Shown: positions 23,872 to 37,419 of the stretch, piece after piece
Position numbering within the stretch: position 1 is the stretch's first letter
How the letters are laid out: the number at the start of each line of letters is the position of its first letter
NCBI RefSeq assembly: GCF_036321535.1
Contig: NC_087438.1
Coordinates: forward strand, 9,426,001 to 9,490,000
Source of the DNA: Camelus dromedarius
Lineage: Eukaryota
Direction: 5' to 3'
Length of the DNA stretch: 64,000 bases
Made by a program: the position numbers and the translations under genes
Notes under the pieces: generated by a model
What the model was told of the DNA's origin: nothing
The model's database searches: none
What the model saw: the letters and a program-made list of their open reading frames with translations, nothing else

Positions 23872-25721
23872 CGGGGAGGAGGGTTCTTACTAGATTCTTG
23901 GCTAATTACCAAATATGATTTTATTCATTTATTCTAACATTGATTTTATTCAGCTTGAAGTTTATCAACCCGCTAAATTTTATTTAAATAAATATATTTT
24001 CCCATTCTAGTATCTCATATTAATTCTTTTTATTTTCATGTACTATCTTGTTCATCTCTGCTATATTTTCTCTTATATTTTACTAATTTTTTTTTGGTGG
24101 ATTTAAGACTCACATGGAGTGAGAGGAGACTGCTGTCTCTCAGTCTTCCTCATTCTCTCTCTCTCTCCCTTCCTTTCTCTCCACTTCTCACAGCCCTAGT
24201 TTAGAACTAAATCTATTTCTGGATAGCTGAGGACTCTTGCACTCTGCTGACATTGAGTATATAGGCATCAAACCACTAACCCAAAAAGTAGAAAAATGTG
24301 CTATTTTGTTATTTCCTTTCTCCCTCGGGACATAGATTATATAACCTCAATACTGGGTGAGCCCCACTCCAGCAACTGATTCTAAGCAATGAGACTTGAT
24401 CAAATGGAGCTCTTATTCTCATTTTCCCAAGAAGTCGAAATTTTCAGCTGCTCAGTTGTAATTCCAATCCCAATAGCCTCATAGCTTTACTTTTCACAAA
24501 GTTTTTTGTTTATTTTTTAATTCTGTTACACAAAGATGTTTGTATTAAATTTATTGTATACATGTCTTCATTAATGTTCTCTTTTAATTTTCAGCCATCA
24601 TCATCATGCACTTGGAGCATCCAGAATGTGAAGTTCCATTACCATCTTGGCTTGAATGCAGTAGCACATTCTCGGTAGTTAATCTGTGGCTCAGGGCATT
24701 TTCAGTGTTCTTGTTTCTTTCTTTCTTTCTGCTTTTATGCATTTCCAGACTTTTCCTCAATAATCTTGTACTTCTTTGGACAAGAGAAAAGAAAGGATGG
24801 ATTTAAGTATAGAAAGGAAAGGCAGTTTGTAAATATTTAACCTATACAAACAAATTCTAGTGATTTTTCTAGCAAATATTCATTGGACACTTTCAGTCTA
24901 GAGACAGGAGAGAAAATTCTTAAGTAAATTAGGACATCAAGCCAGCAGGGGGGGAAAAAAGTAAGATAAAGAAACCAACTACATTTTCTTACCTCATTAA
25001 GTTGAAATATTTCTATATAATTAGTAATTTTCACTTCTGAGTATAGTATAAGCTAACAGTCATTTTCCAAATAGCAAAGGTAATTTTAGATACTGCTTGG
25101 TGATTTGTTTGCAAATCCCCAAGCTGAGCACTGAGTTTTGAAAACCTCCACTTCTTTGACATCAGTGTGTAGGTCTGGACTAAATTGGTCATCAAAATGT
25201 CAACCAGACATATTTGCATAAAAGAACTATATGACAAAAAAAAAAGCATTAACAAGAAAAAGAAATAGAATTTTCCTAATGAGCTTTGAAAAATGCTTCA
25301 GAGGATGCTGGTAAAATGACCTAAAGTTCCCTCCTTCCATGGAACAATATATCAGATTTCTCAGGCTAGAACATTTATTTTACCTTCACTAGATTTCTGC
25401 CCTTAAATTTAAAAAATTAAATGTAACCATTTGTACTTGAATAACCGACTCCACACTTAAGTATTTAAACAGCTTATGCTATTATTCTTAGTTTCAAATA
25501 GCTAAAATCTGTAAGAGGATCAAGGGGAAGTAACTATATCAATCCTAAACTACAGAGATATTGGCATTGAAACCAGTGAACTAATTTCTTCATATCAACC
25601 ATGTACGGGGATTCTGAATGTATTTTATTCATTAAATTTATAAACCTAAACCTATAGTTCACCAATGACATTCATGCTGGCAAAGCCAATGATCAGTCCT
25701 CAATCTTCACCTTATTCATCC

Positions 25722-26305
25722 TGTCCTAACAAAAAAGTGCACCAGAAAAAGTTAAACAAGCAATGAAGGTATCAGTCGGGAATACTGCAATAGAGGAGAG
25801 AGGCTAAAACTGAAGTCTCAACTCAACTCTACTGAAACAAAAGGTCAGGGAAGGTTTAATTGCTGGAGTGAGCTACTGGAAAAATCCTAGAGAAAGTTAG
25901 GCTTAAGGTTAATAGTGGAATGTACTGGGCACATTGAGTTATTCTTGAGTTTGTAAATATTTTCACTCTGTGATTAAACCATCTGTGTTGCTAATTGGTG
26001 CCCATGGAAGTTAAGCTCCTATTCTCCAAAAAAAAAAAAAACTGGGGAATAGAGGCACCATATTCCTTGATAATGACATTTTGGAGGGATGGCTCCTATG
26101 TTTTTGAGGAGGACATTCTGGGGGTATAACACTGGCTAGATGCTTTTAAAAAGGTTTACATCTCAAAGGGACAGAGGAAGAATTTACTGCTACAAGTTCT
26201 CTAAAGTAAATGCTTTAAGAGAAGGGAGGTCAAGGGCCTGGATTCAGGAAGAAGCCTGTCTGAACTTCAGTCAAGCTGGGAGCCACTGTAAGTCCCCCTA
26301 GGTCA
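25722..26305 (-). mobile_element. ERV1 LTR (MER67/MER31-like) inserted in L2
   Basis: tgtc...aagtgcaccagaaaaagttaaacaagc ... tttacatctcaaagggacagaggaagaattt...taaagtaaatgctttaagagaagggaggtcaagggcc...agtcaagctg...ggtca (TG...CA). Confidence 0.8.
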
Positions 26306-26440
26306 GTTCTCTCGGCAGCGTTTGACGAGGTTGATCATTCTCTTCTGCAGACACTGCTTTGACTTGGCTTCTGGGATGCAGCCTGTGGCCAGTTTCCCCT
26401 CTGCCTCTTCAGAGGCTATTTCTGTGTCATTCTTCTTGGA

Positions 26441-26790
26441 CTTGAGGACTCTAAGGCTGCCATGACAAAGCACCACACACTGGGTCACTTAAACACCATA
26501 AATGGATTTCTCATAGTTACAGAGGTTGAAAGTGCAAGATCGAGGTTTTGCCAGATTTGTTTTCTCCTGAACCCCCTCTTCTTGGCTTGTAGATGGCCGA
26601 CTTCTCCCTGTGTCCTCAAATGGCCTTTTATTTATGTCTTTTCTTCCTTTTCTTGTTAGGACACCACCCTTATGACCTCATTAGCCTTCATTATCTCCTT
26701 TAAGGCCCTATCTCCAAGTGCGGTCACTTTGTAGACTCGGGCTTCAACATATAAATTGGGGGCAGGGGAGCACAATGCAGTCAATAATAC
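26441..26790 (-). mobile_element. MaLR LTR (MLT1A/B-like) inserted in L2
   Basis: ggctgccatgacaaagcaccacacactgggtcacttaaac, cttggcttgtagatggccgacttctccctgtgtcctc, ggccctatctccaa. Confidence 0.85.
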
Positions 26791-27239
26791 TTCATGAGCT
26801 CAGAAAGATGGGGAGTCACAAGGTCAGCGCACTGGTCCTTCTCTCTACTGCAATCTAATTCTGGCACTGCAGAAATCCTCTGAATAAAAGTAATATTTTT
26901 TTAATCAATGACATCCAAATTTACATCCTCAGCCTTGAGTTTTCCCACAAATTGAGAAGACCTATAGCCAAATTTCTCTATGCCATCTCCATTTAATATT
27001 TAATAGACACTTGAAATGTAACATAAAATATGAATTCCTCATTTCCTGTTAAGATAAAACTTCCCAAGTTTCCCCATAACTCAAAGAAATAATGCCAATG
27101 TTCAGCTGCTCAAGCCAAAAAAATCTTCTTGTCATTTTTCACCTTTCTCATACTTTGTCATCCCCAAACCAATTCATCTGTCAATTCTTTCAACTACTCT
27201 TTCAAAACATATCTTAAATCTTAACCGAATCCAAAGGAG

Positions 27240-27412
27240 AAGGGGTTTGACTCTGGTTCTGTGTTTATTCATTGTGTGAACTTGGTAATTGCATTAACCA
27301 TTTTGCCTCAATTTCATCTTATCTAAAATGGATTTTTAAAATATTCACCTCATAGATATTTGTTTTATTATCACCCCAAATGCCTGGCATGTAGTAATTG
27401 CTTAATTAATAA
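27240..27412 (+). mobile_element. MIR SINE
   Basis: tgtgtgaacttggtaa...gcctcaatttcatcttatctaaaatgg...tgcctggcatgtagtaattgcttaat. Confidence 0.75.
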
Positions 27413-30400
27413 ATGACAAACATAATCACATTGTGTACTTTAAGAAGTTCCTCCCAGTTGGGATATCATAACAAGTTTATCAACAATACAATAGCTTCAT
27501 TGTTTTTTTTTTTCTTCCTTATTTCCTGCAGGAAATCTTGGTCAGCAGTTAAGTATACTCAAAACTTAAAATGGTTGAGCATAAATTGGGTTTATTGTAA
27601 ACACTCGAACAATTCCTACTCTCACCACTGCCTTCCCGAAGTTGATGCATAATTCATTTTGACTGAGACAAGGCAACAGCCAAATTTAAATACATATGCA
27701 GCAGCAAACTTGACAAATGACCAAAACTATAGAACTTATCTTCTGCCAACTAAAGCTTCAGAAAATACAGTCTTCACTGCATCTAGAATTTTGACCTACT
27801 GTCTCCTTCTGGAACCTCCTTATATAGAGACCGTATAGGCTATGTGAATAAACTCAGGGTGTGAAAGAGGGCAGGTCATCTCTGTCAGCTGCCCCTCAAC
27901 AGGTATCACACTCAATTATCATTCTTCTCTCCTTTTTTTTTTTTAAGGGATCAATCTACTCCATTGAGGTTCATGACAATGACTTATTCCCAAATACTTC
28001 ACCCCTAAGTTCTCTGGGGTCATTGTGGTAAGCTTGATGCTTTTGTGGCTCTTTATTCATTAAAAGAAGCATAACATTTCACCAAGTCACTGAACTGAGA
28101 TGAAGGAGTGAATGTATCATGAATTCCTCTCAAACACTCATCTCTTAACTGAGAATGGGTTGAGTGCACTAAGAATAGTGTTAACTAGTGGAAATGGTCC
28201 TGCCAATTGTGGATACAAAGGGTGGTACCATTTGAGGTTAGCTGGTTAGAGATGGGTGGTTTCTCTCCTCTTAGTTTTCCTTGGAGACTTTGAAGTGGGA
28301 AATTAATGTATCCTTAATTAGGGACAGTTGGAGTCACTATGCCTTATCAGTGGCAGCTCCTTGAACACAGAGAAACTCACAGTCTCTTCTTTGAATCCTT
28401 AATAAATGTCCCCATGCTTTTCTCTCCTTATCTTAATGTCCCCAAGCCAGCGTTAATTTCTGCACCCTCCTTGACGCCTACTACGTGATTTTAGTCCACA
28501 AGGATGCAAAAGCCTCTAATACCATCTTGCACATTAATCGATTTTTATACTCTTCTTTGTAATGTAGGTTAATTTTTCACATGTGAATGCCTTGCCATCC
28601 ATATTTGTTCAGACTTTAACATAGCCAATGACAGGAACTCATTGGTGATTACTTATATTTATATAAATAATGATAGAAAACAAGAGAAACTGTTTTCTAA
28701 AGACCAATGTTCAGGTAGGTCACATGATCAAAGAAAGGTCTGCAGGAACCACATCATAGGTACCAAAATGAGGAGTCACTGCCAACAAATGCCTGTCTCC
28801 CTTGAGCTGGCTCTTATCTCTGCTTCTGCCTTTGGACTTAATTCTACAGGCAAGATTTCTGCATAGAGAAGAGAAAGAAGCTATCAGTAACCTGAACTTT
28901 GGATTCTCCAAATTTAGCAGTCCAGCTGAAGGGAAAAAAACCTCTTGATTTCAGGGTCTGCCTGCCACCCTTACCCCCATTACTACTGCCAGGTGATTGG
29001 CATTGGCTTATGTTGGCCACTTTCCTATATTGTGATGGAATTCACTATGGGAATTACAGCCCCACCTGAGTCACAGGGGTCCCCAAAGTAAGGGATATTG
29101 GGAAGAAGAAAAACACAAACTTTCTATTTCTATCTTTAGCAAGAGACATTGGAGCTTCATTCATATTAACACATTATTTTATTATCTGACATATCTTGAG
29201 TACACTGTTCTAAAAGTAGTGATGTAATTATTTTATATTCAATTCTCATGAAACCCTACCATCCCTTAGTTGTAAAACTTCACCTGAAATACTTCCATCT
29301 TGCCCTATGTACAATACACCAGGGAGTAAGGACATATTGACTGAACTCTGCTCCAAACTGTCTCACAATAAATAGTACTGTCCTTGGGAAAGCTGTGCAT
29401 AGCAGACAGTGTTTGTGAAGGGCCTGCAGGATCACATTTCAGCCATTTTTTTCTGGCTTCTTATCCTACTGTATTTTCCATTTCCCTGCCTTGAGTTCTA
29501 CTAACTTTCACCAAGAAATGAGTAATTAAACTTTATAATGATGGAAGACCCATGAATAATCTGACATCTTGCCATCTTGAGCAGTAGCCTTGAAAGATTC
29601 GTGCATATCAAAGCTTTATGTCATTTCTTGTATGCCTTCAAATGGACAGAAATCTACTAAAGCATGTCCTTTTATTCAAATTCTTGCTAATGATGATAAA
29701 TACTACCCAAACACGCCAACACCCTGAGTAATTTTTGGCCAAATCCACTAAAGCTTCAACTTTTGAGACTATTTTCTAAGTTCCAAGAATTGAGCAACTG
29801 TTGAACTTTGCTAACATTTAGCAAAGGTAGCCAGTAACCCCAACCACATGGAAATTCTCCACAACACCACTGTTTAAAGAGCTTTACATTTTAGTACATT
29901 ACACTTATAACACTCCCTCCTGGTTCCAGTGTTTAAATTGGTTAAGACCATTTTATTTTCAGGTATAAGAACCTATAATATTTTAAGCTAGAGGATTAGT
30001 TCACATATTTATGATGAACACTTGGAAGAACTAAAGTAAACACGACTTTAGGAACTGAAAGTAGAATTCAACACCACTGGGACTCACTCTCCTGTTTCTT
30101 AGCTCTTTTAAAATTAATTCTGAATGTACACTATCTTCAGGGAGTAATACAGATCAATGCTTGAGAGTCTCTCATTCACATTCTCTCATCTTAGCAATCC
30201 TAGATGAAGGAGAGGTCAATTATCTCCTTATTTCTTACCAAAGAAAGACTTAGATTCACTTTATCTGAGTCATATGCCCACTCTTTCATTGGTCACTGTT
30301 TTCAGAAATACGAAAGCTTATGACTAACAAGGTTAGAGCCATATTCTCTTTCCCATGGACTGGTTGAGGGGTGTCTACCTATAATGTCAACCTTATTAGA

Positions 30401-30499
30401 ATCATATAAAAGAAAGGAAAGAAGTAAAGGCTTCCCCAAAAAAACATTAAATAAGTTTTCTACTATTTCCTACTTGAATTTTTACATATTAAAGTGAAT

Positions 30500-30715
30500 A
30501 ATAACAGATTACACTTATGAAATCCTTTTACAGTTACAACACTGACTATGAGTTAACTTAGTCAAACAATAATCGTCTAAGGTAGGTATTATAATTATTA
30601 CCACTTTTCAGGTGAGGAATCTGAGTCTTTGTAAAACAGAGCAAGTTGTCTAAAACTTCAAGTCTAGGAAATAGCAGGGTCTGCATGAAACTCAGATTTC
30701 TCTGACCCTTCAGCA
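30500..30715 (-). mobile_element. MIR SINE (a second, plus-strand MIR piece lies at ~30760-30845)
   Basis: aggtaggtattataattattaccacttttcaggtgaggaatctgag...gaaactcagatttctctgac. Confidence 0.7.
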
Positions 30716-32090
30716 TCATGATTAAACAAACCAGTTTGTATGTCTTAGGGGCCAACAGTTAGTAGCCTGGACATTAAATGGATCGAATTTGTTTCTCAGC
30801 TCTACCAACTACTGGCTATGTGATTTTGGGATTAGCCAATCACACGGCACAGAGAAATCACAGAAACATTTATTTAATAAAGGAATGGATTTGTATTTTA
30901 TGATTTTCTATCCTGATACATACTTAGAAACTGAATTATGGCTTCTAAAGTCCTAAATAAGAGTGAACATAAAAGAGTTAAGTGTCTATCTCTGAAGGTG
31001 ATAAAATGAAACCTTAATCAGGATAGCTAGAAATTTTCAAATCTCTCTGATTATACTTGTAGACTGAATATACCATTTATAATCTGTTTATGTTTTTTTT
31101 TCTTTCAGATTGCTTCTATAATTATATCTTGTGGCAAGACAAATATGCTCATTTTTTTTTCCCATTAAATGAAAGAGAAGGAAGATATGTGATAACAAAT
31201 TAGGTGGAAGTTGATTCTGGCATGCTGAGAATTTGGGCTGGAAGCAGATAGCCTGGGAAGAAAATAAGCTGGAATTAGTGCTATAATTTGGCTTCTCTTT
31301 ACATGGGTTAGAAATGGCCACAGAAAATGGGATGAACTGGATTAAGAATTAACAGACTTGGACTCATATTTTCTTACACCTCTTTATTACCCACACATGC
31401 CTCACATGCATGCTATCAAAATGCAAGCTTTTTATCTTATTTCTGCCAAAACGTAATCTTGCTGAAGTGTAGACATAGCCTTGTAGTGACTTTACTTCCG
31501 TATCCAAATCAACTGAGAAGCATGTAATTACTACTCTCAGTCTATTTGGGGCCAGAATCCTGATCAGACATACGGGTGTTACACACATACACACATCTAT
31601 TACTCTCCTTCTCTATTTAGCTGCTTTACTAAAAGCAAAAGGAAACTGTTAAAAGCAGAAAAACTTTTCCAAACTACTGTTATTACTCAACGTTTTCTAT
31701 TCCTATCAATATGTATCCATATAACCTGATGTTTCCTCTGAATTGACTTTTTTTTGGCACATGTAAAAGATAATTGCTGTCTTCTTAGCAGTCATCAATA
31801 TACAGATAAGTGAAAATTCACGAAATATTCACAAGTGATATGGTCATTCTAAGAGTGCATCCTTAATCCAAATGAAACGAGCGTCATTTAGTTGGTGCCT
31901 TTGATTTATCATATCAAAAAGGGAATATTTTTAGTTTTTTCTGTGTTTTGTGGATATCTAAATTACTTTCACTTTGCTTGAGATAGCATAATCTAGCAAT
32001 ATTTTTAAAAAGACATGATACATTAAGAGTAGTTATAAGTTATGAACTATCTTACAAAAGGGCTGAGTCATTCAAAAGTGTTTTCTAGAC

Positions 32091-32284
32091 CAGCACTGTC
32101 CAATAAAACCTACTGTGATATGAAAATGTTCTATGTCCGGTCTGTCCAATGTGGTAGCCATTAGCCATGTATGGGCTATTGAAAACTTAAAGTTGTCTAG
32201 TGTGACTGTGCAGTAGAATTTTTAATTTAATTTAATTTTAATTAAAATGACTTGTACAGTTATTAGCTACCATATTTAACACAA
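32091..32284. mobile_element. hAT-Charlie MITE (MER3-like)
   Basis: cagcactgtccaata...ctgtccaatgtggtagccattagccatg...; degenerate 8-bp TSD ttctagac / ctttagac fits the hAT NTCTAGAN target. Confidence 0.85.
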
Positions 32285-32424
32285 CTTTAGACAGACATTT
32301 TCTGTATTTTACTATGTCCTTCCTTTTCAGAAAAACATACCTTGAGCATTCTATGAGTTGTCCTCAATTTCTACGTCCACCACCTGAATCCATCTTTTAC
32401 ATAATCATTAGAATAGTCTTCCTT

Positions 32425-32560
32425 TGTTCAGCATTCAACAAGTGTTAATTGAGAGGCTGTTACGTAACAGGTCTCATGCTACACAACAGCCGAAGATCTA
32501 TAAACAAAAGTAGCACAGTTCTTGTTCTCATTCCAGTAAAAACCCACTGGTTAAGGAATA
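32425..32560 (-). mobile_element. L2 3' end
   Basis: cattcaacaagtgttaattgagaggctgttacgtaacaggtctcatgcta. Confidence 0.55.
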
Positions 32561-34404
32561 CGCAAAGCACCATGGGCCGTTTTAATCAAGTTACTTCCCT
32601 TTCCAAAATGTTCTATAGTTCTCTATTGCCAATCTCATGAAAACCAGAGCTGAACACGGAACTCAACTTTAGTATGGTTCTTTTCGATTTTTCTATTTCT
32701 CAGTCAGATTGAATAATAAGTAATTTCCTAAATTTTCCCACCTTCATCACTGTTGAGACATCCTCTAATATTTGACCCTTGAAATTTTCTTCTTATTCAC
32801 CTTTCAAAGTTCTCATCAAAAGCCACCTTTTTCGGGGAGGAATTTCTTATTTACTTAATGAAAACTTAGAATTAGCCTCTGGAGAGTTTATATTACCATA
32901 TAGATACAGGTTTTCATTATCAACTTGGATTCATGATAGTTCAGTGTTAGTTGTGTGCTAATTTGGAATTGACATAGAAAAGACAGAACATAATCCTTAG
33001 AGAAGCCATTTTTAAAATCAAACTGACAATATGAACAAAAAAAATGACAGTCAGTAGTCTAACGTGTCTTCTTTCACAATAGAGAGCTGTGATTTTTTTT
33101 TAAAGTCCAATTTACTAAGTTGATCTATGCGTTATATATGTTAAAAGTAGGAAAATGAAAACTAATGGATAATAAACTTGATTATCCAACATACTCTTCT
33201 CACTTTCCATTCAGAAAATAAGCCCTGACAAAGTGGAAAGTCTGGGAGAAATGCCAACCTGCAAATTTCGATAAGCCACTTTGATTGTGTATAATTTCTG
33301 GTATCTTATACTCCTATGGGACACTTCTATTCTATGTCAAAAGTAAATACTGCTAATTGATCCTTGTCCAATCACCCAATCTGAGCTTTTCCATTAATCT
33401 TAGAGTATTGTGCAGTTGCTACAAGCTAATTTTTGCATAGTGTCTTAGTATTAACATACTTCCATATATCACGTATTAATGTGAGCCCACAACTCATGTA
33501 CATTTTTAAAGAGAAAAAATATACTTTAAGATGTGCTGTGCAAGGTCAAAAAGCATGCTAGTGAGGAATTATATTCACTACCTCAACATTTCAGTCTATT
33601 ATTTGGTCTCTTCTTTCATTCAATCTCCCCTTTTCTCCTCTCTCCTCCTCTTACTCTGTTTCTATAGATAGATAAATAAATAGATACAGAGACAGAGACA
33701 GGTGTGAAGATATTGATCCATGCATGTGTTCTGCGTGAGGATAATTTTTCAATTAAAATGGATAAAATTGTTTTTAAAGCAAAGAATATACAATAATTTT
33801 TGTACTAGTTAGATGAATTCCAGGTAAGGAAAAATTTTGTATACATATACTTTCATACACTGCTTTTGAATTGGGACACAGAAGTACCATGTCTGTTGTA
33901 TAAAATATACAGTGATAACTTGTGCAAGATAAATAACCTTAACAAAATTTCTAAATCCCCTCCTGTAGAAATAATCATGACTCCTACCTCACATTTTTTA
34001 AATTAATAGCTTTTTGACAGTGAAAGTCAGATCAAACAGCTTTGGCTCTCGTGAAAAAGGATAATAACGTTTTAAGATCTAAAATTTCCTTTCAAATGCT
34101 TGGCACATTACTCCATGATGGGAGCATATACATATCCATATACTTTTCTCTCTACAGAGTTTTAATTTTGTTTCAATGCTTCTCAAGTTCATTTTTCTTT
34201 ATATACTCGTTAGCTTACCGTTCAGTATAATAAATTTATTTTTTCTTTTTCAAAAGTTTTCAGCATAGGAATAGGGTTTTAAAGTTACAACTCTAGGAGT
34301 ATATTTTTGCAAAGAGAAAAAAATTAATTAAAGAATATTTTCCTAACCTAATGGTTTCATGATGATTCAGCGATCTTAGAAGGTGGCAACTATGAGTAGA
34401 ATAC

Positions 34405-34798
34405 TGTGATAGTCACTAGTGTTGCAAATATTGCCTCTCCTTCCAGGGACATCGAGGCATTTCAGTTCCTGGTTCCTCGCCTGTTGACCAGAGCCATGTG
34501 ACTAATTTTGGTCAAGTCGTGAGGGAAAAAAACATATAACGTCTCAGCCAAGGATTTTGCTGTCAGTGCGTTACTCCCAGGCTATGCTTTATTTATGCTG
34601 CAGAATCTGGCCAAGATCTGGATGGTGAAGGGTCCATCAACTTTGTCCCAAAGTGAGACTGTGTATAGTACAGAACAGAGCCACCTGCCGACCCACGGTA
34701 GACATGGAGAGCAAGAGGAACAGAACATGGTTCTTTCAGGCCACTGAGATTTTGGGGTTGTATGCTACAGCACAAAATGGCCCAGCTGTACTAATACA
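34405..34798 (+). mobile_element. MaLR LTR (MLT1J-like)
   Basis: tgtgatag start; gagccatgtgactaattttggtcaa; cagagccacctgccgacccacggtagacatg; ggccactgagattttggggttg...ctaataca end. Confidence 0.85.
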
Positions 34799-36447
34799 GT
34801 TGTGACTGATGAAAAACACTGGTTTCATTCATTGCCTGGGCATCTCCTTTAGAGCAGAAATATGAGACACATATATTCTCTCTTCATTACAAACGTACAC
34901 ATACAAAGTGGGTGAGAAAGGACCTAATACCTGTTCTCACTCTCTTCTTCCTCTGTATTAATACCCAGGATACATTCGTACATACCTCAACTTTTCCCCA
35001 TACCTTCCAACCTAGAACTTTATCTTTTTTTCTGTCAAACATATTCCATTTAGAAACACATCACAGCCTATATTTAGTATAAATGGAAACTAAATTAGCT
35101 TTGAAAATATCTGTCAAACCCAATAAACTATGTAAAGCAGTTCATGACAAAACTGTGTTTGATCTTTGCATAATTGTAATTTTTGCTTAGTAGTTCCAAG
35201 TCAAACCAAATGCTAAAATCTACTGGATCATCCTAAAACTATAGAGTAACTTGTTTATTTAAAATATTTTATAGTACGTTCTATTTCTCAGTTACAGAAC
35301 AGAGTACCATGGTGAGAAAACAATATATAATATTAGCTGTTGTGAATCTCCATGAAAACATTGAAAATTCCTAATTTATTGAGTTAATGTATTTGAGCCA
35401 TATGGTATATTATACATTTATATAAATTATACAAAGATACATTATATAAAATGTAAATTATATAGATACATATATTGGTATTTATGTATTATTTATACAT
35501 TATACAGAATATGCAACATTGGTGTCATTATCATTATCATTATCAAGAAATTAAAAGGCATGATTCATTTCAGAAATCACTTAGGTTCACATGAATAGCT
35601 GGTGGTAAAATAAGAGCCCATTTTTACGTTCTGTCTGTAAATTCCTCTTCCTCTGCATAGAAGAAATCAATTTCTTTATAAAATTTCTTGCAAGAAAAAT
35701 ATTCTACAGTGCAGGCATGTTTTTTCTTAGAAGCAGGAAGAGAATTTATATCCTAGGTCAGACAGTGAATGTGAGTGAGTGAGTGTCTTGCAGATAGCAG
35801 AGTCTGTGCTGAGGCAAAGCCAGAAAGAACACAGACTTCAGCTTTCATGTGTGCCCACTGCCTGGTTTCACTCTCTGCCTCTAGGAAGCATCCCCTCTCC
35901 TTTCCCCACCTTTATGTTCAGGCTGCATGCTGTCCAGCCATGTCAGGGCTCACTCGTCTTGTGTATTTGCCGTGGTTCTCCAAATTGCCAGATCATTCGT
36001 GACACTGCAGGAGTGGACACATTTTTTTTAAAAAAATACTGAATCTCAGAGTTTCAGCCATTTCAAATGCTCCACAAGCAAATCTTATGTAACAGCAGAC
36101 AGATTTGGAATAAGCCCTTGGAGACTAACAGTAATATTGAGGAGAAGGAGGAGGAGGAGGAATAAGAAGAAGAAATAGAAAATATCTTTAGCGTGGAGAT
36201 TTTACTACTTCGCTGACCAGAGAGGAAGGTATTTTGGTATGTTTAAATATATTTAAATATACTTTGAAGATACTTTGTGATCTTTTAAATATCTCCTAAT
36301 AGATGCTCACCTAGCCTGTGAGGCTACACCAGCCATACACAAGTGCTAGATGACTATCAGTATTTGTGCTAGTGTTAGTGATACTTATTCTAGAGACAAG
36401 GGGCGTCTGCCTCTCCCACTCAGTCACATCCTCACATTCCATAGAAA

Positions 36448-36570
36448 AGTGATTCTTAAACTTATATTCACAAGTATTACCTGGGAACCTTGTTCAACGT
36501 GCAGAGTCAAGGCTCCACCTTCCACAGACCTGGATTCGGAGGGCTGGTGTGCAGCCGAGGAATGTGGTGA
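36448..36570. mobile_element. MER5A-like hAT MITE fragment
   Basis: gtgattcttaaactt...ttacctgggaaccttgttcaacgtgcagagtcaaggctccacc. Confidence 0.65.
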
Positions 36571-36714
36571 TTACCCTTTTTCTTGGGGGAAGAAACGAAA
36601 CAGCGAGGAGAACTATATGAAGTCATATTTCTCTCTGTTGTTATTTTGGCTTCCTGGAGGATCCATAATATGTGAAATAGGATAAATAGCCCTAACGCAC
36701 TGGGAGAATGAAAA

Positions 36715-36950
36715 TCATAGAATCTGCTGTCAAAGATCTGAATGCAAAACCCAGCTCAGCCACATTTGCATGGTGGGCATTTAGGCAAGTTATTTCAACT
36801 TCTGAGACAGTTTCTTCATTTATAAAATAATTAAAAAAAAAAAAAGCCAAAACAAAACAAGACTATCTCATAGGTTTGTTATAACAATTGAATAACATAG
36901 TCACAGATAACAGTGTCTACCTAGTCCATGGTAGGCATTTTTTAAAGTTT
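36715..36950 (+). mobile_element. MIR SINE
   Basis: gatctgaatgcaaaacccagctcagccac...aggcaagttatttcaacttctgagacagtttcttcatttataaaat. Confidence 0.75.
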
Positions 36951-37419
36951 ATTTAAATACTTGCCCATTTCTCTTGTTACTTTAAGATTTTTCCATTTTA
37001 AACCTACAATGTTCACCTAATTCTAATAAAACTTGCTTTCCACTTAATTCTCTTCTGAAGCAGTTCTGGGAAGATTTAAGTTGGCATTTTTCCTAGCTGC
37101 ATGCAATTTTGACTGTCCAGTCAATTAGCAGCCAGAATAAATAGTGTATAAATGTGGCTCCCAGTTATGTTTTGGGTTCTTTAACTCCAGAGGTGAATGT
37201 AACTCTTCTTTCAAAATGCAACAAGCATTCTTTATGTGACAAGGTACCGATGCTCTTTGTTTTTTTCCAGTGAATGGAACTGTGATTGCCCTTCATGGAT
37301 GAAACGTTTTATAGAGTTTTATTTTGCTTTCAGGGTGTTGTTGGAAAACAAACTATTTAACCTTCCTTTGGAGTCAGGTCCCTGACGGGTGAAGGAAGGC
37401 TGGTAACCATGGGTAAATA

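Larger units (their letters stand above)
25650..27222 (+). mobile_element. L2 LINE (RT region to 3' part), split by two LTR insertions
   Basis: gcaaagccaatgatcagtcctcaatcttcacctta | ctctcggcagcgtttgacgaggttgatcattctc encodes an LSAAFD.VDHSLL-like L2 RT motif; later aatgacatccaaatttacatc (DDSQIY-like). Confidence 0.8.

Noticed and set aside
23594..23937. Four overlapping ORFs rich in C/V/Y/M or H/T/I
   Set aside because: Translation of a (TG)n compound microsatellite; not coding
24595..24674. Candidate exon (strong polypyrimidine-CAG acceptor, gtagtt donor)
   Set aside because: Weak donor and no recognisable protein in any frame; cannot be supported without RNA-seq
27532..27600. Strong acceptor ttcttccttatttcctgcag
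   Set aside because: No convincing donor or homologous reading frame; such sites are common by chance
37334..37412. Candidate exon just upstream of the LF-SINE (tttcag ... gg/gtaaat)
   Set aside because: Stops in all three frames; a non-coding exon cannot be excluded but has no support from sequence alone
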